Of a stretch of 64,000 nucleotides of DNA, positions 15,801 to 24,360 are shown in pieces. The notes beneath the pieces are model-generated. The model saw nothing but the letters and a program-made list of their open reading frames with translations, was not told the DNA's origin and ran no database searches. The translations under genes were made by a program, and so were the position numbers. This stretch comes from Phoronis australis (Eukaryota > Animalia > Phoronida). Every line of letters begins with the position of its first letter. The stretch's first letter is position 1. The stretch spans positions 87,855-151,854 of the forward strand of contig NMRA01000111.1 of assembly GCA_002633005.1 (NCBI GenBank), written 5' to 3'.

Positions 15801-18800
15801 CTGGAATACAATGGACCACAGACTGGGTTAACACCACAGCATGGCACTGTGAGTTACAGAAAGACATTAGCTTCATTACTAGTGACTGACTGTGAAGTAC
15901 TTTGTACAACAAAACATTCTGCGCTAACAACGGGACTGCAGTGTGATATCAGGGATATTGCTGTAGATAATAAGGACAATTTACATGAAAAATAAATGTT
16001 TTCCACCAAAAGGTTCGCTAAGTTGATAGTTTAAGAGTCAGTAGAAACACCGCTGTTTTGTGACATTTTATCATGTTTAGCTGTGGTCTGAAACTTCTTT
16101 GGTCTACTCGAAAATTTGCTATGATAGTCGAAAATGTTAGCCAATGAATCACATCAAAGATCGATTCTGAATTATCCCATGTTAACGCGATATGCTTGCA
16201 AGTCATGAGGAGGGCTGTTCTCGGTTAGTGTTCTTTTTAACTTGATTTGGCAATAACCAAATAACTGTCGGATTCATGCAAGTTGCTTTATATTTCATGG
16301 GCGGTGCACCATAGTGGGCTGATGGCAATAGCCCCCACTTATTTCAGTGTTGTGCCACCCATGTAGTTGCCAAGCAACTGCCGAGAAGTGTAAAAACTCA
16401 GCTCACATGCATTGGACATTCCAGGTCGCAATTTGCGACTTGATATGAGCTAGCAAAAATCTCAGCTCGCATTTCCAAATTTCAGGTCGGAAATGCAACC
16501 TGCAGCTTGCTATGTCAAGCCCTGCCTTATATTTCCCTCTGGGTTTCAATAAGCTTTGCTATTTCCCAACAGACAAATGCTGAATATTATGGAATTATGA
16601 CTTACGATTTTACAATGCATGTACTACTTGTATCAAGTTCACGCAAGCATTGTTACTGTTTTAAAAAGAAAAACGAAGTTTTGTGGAAAAAATGCAGTGA
16701 AAATGGTTTTACGTTGTAAGAGAAATGTTGGTCATCTGTAAAGGACTTTGAAAACTGTACCACTTAAACTTGCCACAGATACGTACATTAGCAAGGCTAA
16801 TGATGTTACGGACTTAAAATACTCGGCATTTTTTCACTCAGGGTGCACACTTTGGTTTCAGAAATGGCATTTCAGTTTTAATTTCAGCTTTCAGACTTAT
16901 TTTATTGGATTCAACATGACATATGGAATATCAGGTTAAATTTTTGTGAAGTAACCTCATTTAGTTTTTAAGATTTGGCCTGTTGAAATGACAAAAATAA
17001 GAAATTCGGGATACGGAGAATACATCATTGGTATCATTACATCCATGTTGGAAAAGACTTAAATCTGGCTTATTAACAAGAAAGTTTATTACTCTGGTAG
17101 CTCATGTACTTGATCACTGAACATCAATATTAAACAAGAGCAACGCAGAGCGTTGAAATGCGCCCACAATTGCACCGTATACGGTATCCTTCTAGGGTTG
17201 TTTATTGGTACCATAAAGTGGCCAGTAGAGGGCATATATGTAGTATGTTGTACTTTGCCACTAGGAGGCGCCACAGTAATCAAAGTCACGGGAAATTCAG
17301 CGTCAACCGTCCTCTTCATAGTAAGAACATACATGCCAATTTTCACAATCATACTTAGAGCGGTTTGGTTGATAGAGGGGTGGACGCCAAAAAACAGACT
17401 CAAAAACAGTAAAAATGGCCACTGGGTGTCGCAAACTAGGTCGAATCCATCCGAAAACGGGAGGATAGCGTCATCGCACTAATAGGTGCCTACATACCAA
17501 ATTTCATGAAAATCCGTTAAGGACTTGTGAAGATACAGAGGTAAACGTAAAAAAATAAAATTGCCACTAGGGGGCACACTGGTAGGCGGATCCGTCCAAA
17601 AGTCGTCATCGTCTGTTGTTAACATAATATAAATACACTTATTAAATTTCGTAAAGATCCTGCGAACGGTTTAGGAGATACAGCCATAGGCGCAAAAAAA
17701 AAAAAACTGCCACTAGGAGGCGCCACAGTAGTCCAAATCGTCTGAAAATCATTGTCAGCTGTCTTCTTTATAGTAAGCACATACACGCCAATTTTCACAA
17801 TCATCCTTTGAGCGGTTTGGTTGATAGAGGGGTGGACGCAAAAATACAGACTCGAAAACAGTAAAAATGGCCACTAGGTGGCGCAAACTATGTCGAATCC
17901 ATCTGAAAACAGGAGGATAGCGTCATCTCACTAATAGGTGCCTACATACCAAATTTCATGAAAATCCGTTCAGGACTTTTGAAGATACAAAGGTAAGCGT
18001 AAAAAACTAAAATTGCCACTAGGGGACACACCGGTAGTCGGATTCGTCCGAAAGTTCGCACATGCCGTCCCATTCATGAATGGAACATATGTGCCAAATT
18101 TCATGAATGTATGTCAAAGGGTTTTGGAAATAGAGCAGCGGACGCCGGACGGACGCCGCCCGGACGGACGGAGATGACGGCATAATGCGTCCACATATAA
18201 ATATGTGGGCGCATGAAAACTAGGTTCACACCTGTGTATGCTTCACAAGGTGTGGGTATACAAATAAAACATAGCAATTGTACTTAATCCTTAGACATAC
18301 TTAGCACTTAACTATCATCAGAGTCACATCACTGTCAAAAGGAATGCCTAATTCCATAAACTACCATCAAAGAAGTACAGGAAAACACTTTTCATTATCA
18401 GTAAACATTGTTTGCACAAATAAATCTCACATAACACAGAGGTCAGTGAGTGGCTACGGAGAATACAAAATGCGAAGGTAACTATTTGTGGGAAGAAAAA
18501 TACTGGAGCAATGCAATAGAATTTGTTTACTTGTCAATACTACTACTTCTGAATTACAAAAAACAGTTGTGTTTAGAAAAAGGGAGATAATACCGTCTTA
18601 ATTTTCTTCACACTTGTGCAAATACAAAAATATAACATAACGGAAATTAAAATTTTATCCTAGGACATAATCAGCTCTTAACTATCATCAGAGTCACATC
18701 ACCATAAATGGGATGCCTATTTCCATCAACTACCCTCTAAAAAATACAGAATGTACTTTTCATCATCAGGAAACACTGAATGCATAGATCTCACATAATA

Positions 18801-21555
18801 CAGAGGTCATGGAGGGGGCTACGGAGAATATGAAATATGCAGATACCTGTTTATGAACACTTGAGCAATGCAATAGAATTCATTTACTTGTTAATACCAA
18901 CACTTCTGAATGACCAAAGAACATTCATGTTTTATTAATAACAAGTTTAAACTGAAAAAGTAATTTTAGCTAAACTTGCCTCAAGTCCCACCCATAATTT
19001 TTTTAATTGTTCTTGTCTTGGAGAGTTTATTTGTTTCTATTTCCTCAGTACATGCACCTAGATACAAGTTTTTTCAAACCATGTACTAACAATTCAAAGT
19101 TAGGGGCTACGGAGAATACAGGCTGCTACGGAGAATACGAAAGACATTTTTGCTTATGATCAATTCAAATCCAGGGCTTGGTCTAATACTTTTTGTGGGC
19201 CAAAAATAGCTTCAAGATTCCCAATGTGCAGTATCAAATATCTTTTATTTATGGAAGAATTTAATGGAATTCAGACAAGGCTACGGAGAATACACAGTTT
19301 TTCTTAGGTGACTGTGATATTATTTGGTTGAGGAATCCAATCACTAGGACATCTGGTACAAATATATGGTTTCTAAATCAAATTCTATATACCATCAACC
19401 ATTAAAGAACACAGTTCAAAACACTAGTAATGCTTTTTTTCAGGCATGGCTGTAGGAGAAGGAGTATATGCAAATTTACGTGTTTTGCATAACATTGACA
19501 TTATTTTGCAAGTGTGCCTGAAAATTACTTTTGACTTTTCAGATCCCTGGAATTTCCTGAAGAAAAACAAGAAATACATGTTAGGATCATGAAAAAACAT
19601 TAAATTTCCATTAAATGTATGATTTAATTAAATGCCATATGTATTAAAAACATGCAAATGTTTCGGTGAAACAAAATAACGATGGATTTCTGGCTATTTT
19701 CAGCTATATCAAGGATTACTCTGGCCATGATTAACATTTTTTCAGACTTTAAAATGCGTAAATGTCATAAGTAGCGGTGCTTAAACAAGATCATCATACA
19801 AATATCTGTCAAAGGTGAAGGAATTCTGTCAATATGATTGCATAACATAAAAAAATCTAAATTTGCACCCGGACTCCTGAGTGAAAAAATGGGTAATTTG
19901 TTTACAATATGACGACATTGAATTACACATATGATTTTGGTATTGTTCGATTCCTTGCAACGTTATCTTTCTAAAAATACAACGAATTTTTTCCTACCCC
20001 GCTCCCTTAGTATTTTATCATGAAATTTCTGCTCGCACTATTTCCCAGTACTCGGTAGTAACACCGCCATGTTGGAATGAAAGGAGTCACCTGGCGGTCA
20101 AAAACTGAACTAATCTACCGACTTCTGCAGATTGTCGCTTTTCATAGGTTCAAATTGACCGAGACCCGTCTATCCGCCCTGCCTGAGTTACGGTCCCAAG
20201 GGTTCGAATTCGGTGCTATGGTGACCCTGGTACGCATCTGCTAGCAAGAATCCACGAAAACTGAAGCGGGGCTTGTTTTTGAGGTTCAACTTGGTGAAAA
20301 GGGTTTCAATTCAAACAATTTTCGTGGAAAAATGGTCAAATGGTCACAATTACAAAAATTGGAAAAGGTGAAATGCCGCCGCTACTTGTTTCTCCATATT
20401 ATGTCGGGAAAACTTTAGCGGGAATCTCGCGCTGGCAAACACCATTCAGAATCGATGATGCTGTTTCATTCATTATAGCAACAGGTGTCGCTGTAATCTT
20501 GAGTTGAGCTAACATGGCGGTGTCAATCGGGAAATAGTGCGAACCAAAATTCGACGATAAAATACGGAGGAAATGCGGTAGGGGATACATTTATGTATTT
20601 TTGGAAAGATAATGCTGAAAGGAATCGAACGATACCAAAATCATATGTGTAAGTCAATGTCGTCATATTGTAAATAATTACCAAAAAATGCCGTAATGTG
20701 TTAATAATGTCGTGAACGTGTATTCTCTCGTTGTGTGGCGTCATGTGGTGTTGTCTTTGTTCGTCTCTGTGTGTGTGGTGTTGACATAGTGAGCCAGTGA
20801 TAGGTCACGTGACTCTGGGCACGAGGGGGAATCGGGGAGTCTATGAAAGGGTGTGGACCTAGATAGACGTTCTGGAGAGTGTAACTAGAAGCGCTCTTAC
20901 AAGTGTGACACTGATGGCAAGCCCGGACAAGAAGTTGGGTAAGTTGGCTGTCTCTGAGGAATTATAGGCCGCGTTACTATAATAATAACCCCATGTTCCT
21001 ATGTGTATGGTTCATTTGATTTTATTTGCTGTATTTTGAAATGAGTAACTTTTTGTGGGGATGTACTATCGCCCCTGTATGCCTGTGGCATCCAGGGCGA
21101 TGTAATTGCCTAGTCTTCATACAACTAGCTGGCTGGCTAGGCAATTCCAAATCACTTTAACCTCGACTTCTTCACTTCTACATCGATCAGTAAAAATGTC
21201 CCATTAAATAATGGTTTTTAGTCAGCAGCAGCGGCTAATTTTTTTCTTTTTTCTTTTTTCTCAGCTGTCCGTTTTCCTGTTACTCGCCAAATCGAGCTAG
21301 CCAGTGAATTAGAAAATTCTGGAACTGTAGAGAACAGTTGAACTGGTCGGCGAGACATCAAATGGAACCCACGTGCCAGACAAATGGCAAAAGGCGAGAG
21401 AAGTTAAAGTAAACTCACATTTTCATTGTTCCCTTTGGACCTAGGTTTGTTCTGAGTACATCTTGAAGTCCTCTTGCAGCACTAATGTTCATTTGGAGGG
21501 CTTGTGCCGCCCTAGCAACTTCTGCTTTTGGGTTCAATGCTTTCACAGCGGCCAT
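870..21555 (-). CDS. CCT6: T-complex protein 1 subunit zeta (chaperonin CCT6), exons 1-9; 3' part lies beyond the left edge of the window
   Basis: GT-AG exons join in frame: 21419-21555 ([46 protein letters not shown]), 5814-5877 ([21 protein letters not shown]), 4909-5103 ([29 protein letters not shown]...), 4140-4253, 3576-3679, 2828-2938 ([18 protein letters not shown]...), 2249-2408 ([15 protein letters not shown]...), 1425-1507 ([27 protein letters not shown]), 870-966. The GDGTT ATP-binding motif and zeta-specific sequences are present. Intron 1 is ~15.5 kb. Confidence 0.97.
3078..3578. repeat. ~117-bp tandem repeat abutting and including the CCT6 exon 5 donor
   Basis: About 4 diverged units, each with an ACATGACCTACTTT-like sequence (reverse complement AA|GTAGGTCATGT). 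Confidence 0.8.
3968..4085. repeat. 25-bp minisatellite
   Basis: CCACACAGTACCAGTAACTGCTAGT, ~4.5 copies. Confidence 0.9.
6531..8336. mobile_element. Non-autonomous Tc1/mariner-pogo-like DNA transposon
   Basis: Perfect 24-bp TIRs (CCGTAAACGTTCGGGTTAACGCCC), TA on both flanks and repeated subterminal TGGGCGGTTAA motifs; no transposase ORF. Confidence 0.85.
8438..8565 (+). pseudogene. Truncated paralog fragment of the nested GPCR (N-terminus to start of TM1)
   Basis: [24 protein letters not shown]...LIILIY aligns with the GPCR's [23 protein letters not shown]...LIFLVL. Similarity stops where transposon insertions begin at ~8566. Confidence 0.7.
8621..10810. mobile_element. Non-autonomous hAT-like element with 5-bp TSD
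   Basis: TIR CAGGGCTCGAC...GTCGAGCCCTG flanked by the direct repeat CATAA, with subterminal (C)AGGTCGCA repeats. Confidence 0.85.
11755..12005 (+). mobile_element. Penelope-like retroelement 3' fragment (C-terminus of the GIY-YIG endonuclease region)
   Basis: Translates as [45 protein letters not shown], matching the typical PLE terminal pattern (IL..E..W..RKIKE.I.I....NRD.G). It is followed by a GAAACGTCG motif typical of PLE ends. Confidence 0.75.
13017..14099 (+). CDS. Intronless rhodopsin-like (class A) GPCR, FMRFamide/peptide-receptor-like orphan, nested antisense in CCT6 intron 1
   Basis: 360-aa ORF from the first ATG (13017). It has seven hydrophobic segments, GN in TM1, NLACFD in TM2, DRMIAVLFP (DRY variant), TAKRA after TM3, FLITTIP in TM6, NFILY...FRKEL (NPxxY variant plus helix 8) and N-terminal N-glycosylation sites. 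The ligand cannot be assigned. Confidence 0.92.
   Translation: MNETDMNFKLTYPGDISENFSNYANGSLIERGNVRKTSLIFLVLNSIYFTISLIGNALTLCVFTRKSSRKRSSSMYFINLACFDTIVLFLHFLKVCVFRVHPETISHPVVCIIWRSCLQNSRKISNWTLVALTTDRMIAVLFPFRAITMCTAKRAVCVIIAIISIMSVTAVKNVWLVSVDNGFCAAYNKLYMDIVRPFTLIELGIEGLIPSSLILILNISILVGLAKQRAQMSRQNEGFMQNNFRRDRQITWMLLFVTFVFLITTIPHLLFRILRIQGVICPLPNHGPGSKVCKRVMDSLQSLKMCSYAVNFILYCIQGSTFRKELKLVFCSACTRETTNTGARSGTIGGSMQSLSIYEL
15309..15487. mobile_element. Short deletion derivative of the 51951-54507 element
   Basis: ATTGACCTATCGCCAGGATT...GGGCGGAGCTTACGATAGGTCAATT matches both ends of 51951-54507 in reverse orientation. Confidence 0.7.
15936..16524. mobile_element. Partial second copy (right arm) of the 8621-10810 element
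   Basis: Colinear similarity to ~10278-10810, ending TATGTCAAGCCCTG. The left boundary is uncertain. Confidence 0.75.
17132..18219 (-). mobile_element. Helentron-associated interspersed element (HINE/DINE-1-like), copy 1
   Basis: On the minus strand: T-run, subterminal IR ATGCGCCCAC with a nearby inverted copy, (GTCC)n microsatellite, internal ~150-bp tandem array, 3' GTGGGCGCAT followed by a CAACGC-TCT-GCGTTG hairpin and TTGTTT. Confidence 0.8.
19892..20682. mobile_element. MULE-like foldback MITE with long TIRs and 8-bp TSD
   Basis: ~180-bp imperfect TIRs beginning GGTAATT..TTTACAATATGACGACATTG, flanked by the direct repeat AAAAAATG. Confidence 0.8.
21311..21325. promoter_or_regulatory. 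Perfect three-unit heat shock element in CCT6 intron 1
   Basis: aGAAa-aTTCt-gGAAc matches nGAAnnTTCnnGAAn, ~95 bp from the exon 1 donor of a chaperonin gene. Confidence 0.6.
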
Positions 21556-22400
21556 TATTGAAGATAAGGTATCGTTTTTTCTCGCGAGACTTTCTATTTT
21601 AGTCTCAAAACAAAAATTTAAATTTAAATATCATTAGAAAATATTTTAATTGTTATCTATTTAAGTTTAAAAAAACAAAATTGTGTTAAAATTATGCTTG
21701 GATAAATTGCAACTATATTCAAATTAAGAGTGATGTTGAACACAAATGATCATGGTACAAGACTATGACCTATTTTGTGCCCGTGAACGTGACGTCAACT
21801 ACATCTGCTAGGCGGAGGATTTTGGGATCCAATCTCCATCAATTTCTTTGCCGATTTAAAAAAAAGTAAGACGAGATCGCCCAACTTTGTGTAACGCAAT
21901 AGTAATGCATTTTATTTCTCTGGGAAAACTACCCTAGCAAGGCTGCTTGACTCTTGTCGATATTAACCGTTGTAAGTGTCCGTGCCACTGCCAATGCAAT
22001 CCCCCGGTTAGACCTACCTGACAAGGTTACGTGAGATTTTTCTCGATGTGTATTACAAGTGAGTCATTAATTATTAGTTTGTCGGATTGGCAGTGCGTCA
22101 TCGCTTACATTTGGAAACTTGACCTCACCACGCTCATTTCCACGTGTAACATTGTTATCTGTCCTGTGATCGTGACCGAAAGGGGTTATGTAACCGTGTG
22201 AGTTGAAGAAGTCTAAAAAGGGAAAAAGCCAAGGCAAGACTAGCTACACTATGTCAGCTGATGAGTACTAATTCTTAACTAATTGGCCAATTTTCTGTTT
22301 TTGACATTTAATGTTCTGTAAGTTCTAGCAGTATCGGATATGAGTGTGACTTGATTTTCAAAGGACTTCGATTGGTAAAAGAATGGTGAGTGTTGTCTAT
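21556..22400. promoter_or_regulatory. Putative bidirectional promoter region for CCT6 (-) and POR (+)
   Basis: The two genes are head-to-head. Motifs: TCTCGCGAGA palindrome (21580-21589) and CRE TGACGTCA (21790-21797). Candidate + strand 5' UTR donors are GTAAGT (21972) and GTGAGT (22386). Confidence 0.55.
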
Positions 22401-24087
22401 TCTTAGTTAGTGAACAAACCGTTAAACAGGGTTGGAAGTCCATACATTGAAAGTCTAGACTTTATTCATCACTCAAATTTCATGTCAAATATTAACCTGC
22501 ACACTTCGAAATTAAATCTCTTGCTTACATTCATCTGCATAAGTAATATAGTGGATATAACTACTCGCAATTTATCAAGCTCTTCAATTGAACTTATTCA
22601 CTTGAAGATTCGCCTTTTTAATATTCGCTTGGCACTCTGTTGTTTTCATTTTTACTTAGCGGAGAATTTGTGAACTAAAGCATTCACTAAGCTCACTAGC
22701 TGGCATTTGGGTCAGTACATAGATGTCATTAGGTAAAAAACTGAGAGTATAAAATGGCAGACAATGTGATTCGCCGTTGTTAAAGAATGGTAAAAAGAGG
22801 GGACGTTTAACCAGGTAAGACGGGTGAAATAAAATGCAACACAAAATGAATGCATTAAAAACTAACTCCTTGATTAAGCTTGGTTTCTGGTGTGAGAACA
22901 ACACCATTAATCGGTTATTCTGCTGTTCTCTTTATGGTCCTATCATGTGTTAACTTTGAGTGCCATGAAATATTAGAACGCCATCTGTGGGCCTATTCCT
23001 GTTGTCTCCAATTTTTCAATCTGCTGTTTTGTTATCACAAGGTTGTGCACAGTTCACAACATATAACCAGAACTGGTTGCACCTTATTAGAAATCTTGAG
23101 TATGTTATTATCAGCAAACCGAAATTCTGACCAAATTGTGCTTCGGCATAGTTGTCACTACCTCCTGAAACGCGTCGCTTTACGAAACCCAAAAAAGTTG
23201 AGCAATTGGCACCCACACATGTTGTGCATATTGTTTTAAAATTGAAATCGGAGTTAAAAGTACTTTCGCACATTCTGGCGTGCTACATTTTGATCTGTTT
23301 TGTTGTGAAAGGACCGCAAATAGAGATGTAATGAACTGGAAAAGTGAGCTTCGCTTAAATTGCCAAATTTTTACCCCATCAATTCCTAGCTTTGTTTTAA
23401 CGTTCAGTCATCCGCAGCTTAGTAGTGATGTTGTTTGGTGGTGGCCAATCTCATTTGATCGTACATCGAATTTCCACACTGTACTCTGTTCCCTATATTT
23501 TAACTGAGAATTAACAATTTAGTTGTCTTTGAGATAATCAGTGAATCAGGCACGTGAATGCATTTTCTTTTGAAGTTTGTTTCTTGTGATATTCAAGACT
23601 TGAAACCTTAGAACGAATTTTTATTTTCGCTTTGTCGAATTTCTGTCTAGAATCAATAAAAAGATTGTTGCTGCTACCATCGGTACCATTAACTTGTTCA
23701 CACTGTGATTTTCTTCATTACAACCATGTGCACCCATGAATTTTGCAACCTAACTGTTGGATTCCAATGTACAGACAAAAAGGTTGTCAGATTTTGAGTC
23801 GCGTTATTTGATCACAGATGTCTTTTATGTTGATATGTGATGACTTAGATTTCATGAGCTGAGAAACACCTTTCGTTCATTTCAGTGCAACTTGTTGGGA
23901 TCTGGTTAAAGAGATATGCCAGGCAATTTTTATCTTATCCTATATTTGCTTCCGAGGTCTTATTTTAAGTTGGTATGGTTTTAAAATGTTTTGCAAGTGT
24001 CACTTTCCTTGGACAAAAGTTTTCGGCTTAAAGAAATCAGAAACTTCTTTTTCGTCAGTTTGAGTGCTTGAAGTTGAAACTCAGTCG

Positions 24088-24359
24088 AAGAGATTATGTT
24101 GAGATACTCGCATTCATACTGTAGTATCAATAGTATTATGCATTGTCTTGTAGGAAGAGATGATGTGGAGATACTCTCATTCATACTGTAGTATCAACAG
24201 TATTATACATTGTCTTGTAGGAAGAGATTATGTCGAGATACTCTCATTCATACTGTAGTATCAACAGTATTATACATTGTCTTGTAGGAAGAGATTATGT
24301 CGAGATACTCTCATTCATACTGTAGTATCAACAGTATTATGCATTGTATTGTAGGAAGA
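24088..24359. repeat. 67-bp tandem repeat containing the POR first-coding-exon acceptor
   Basis: Four units, each ending TTGTAG|GAAGA (AG ending at 24153, 24220, 24287, 24354). Confidence 0.9.
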
Positions 24360-24360
24360 C

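Larger units (their letters stand above)
16824..20693. mobile_element. Non-autonomous TIR element hosting two nested insertions
   Basis: The left TIR CGGCATTTTTTCACTCAGG matches the right end once 19892-20690 is removed (CCTGAGTGAAAAAATG|CCG). An internal TACGGAGAATA motif recurs about six times. Superfamily unassigned. Confidence 0.7.

Noticed and set aside
22251-22275. ATGTCAGCTGATGA|GT as a POR coding exon, or CTGATGAG as a hammerhead core
   Set aside because: Splicing to 24355 is out of frame (immediate TGA), and no stem II plus GAAA follows for a hammerhead.
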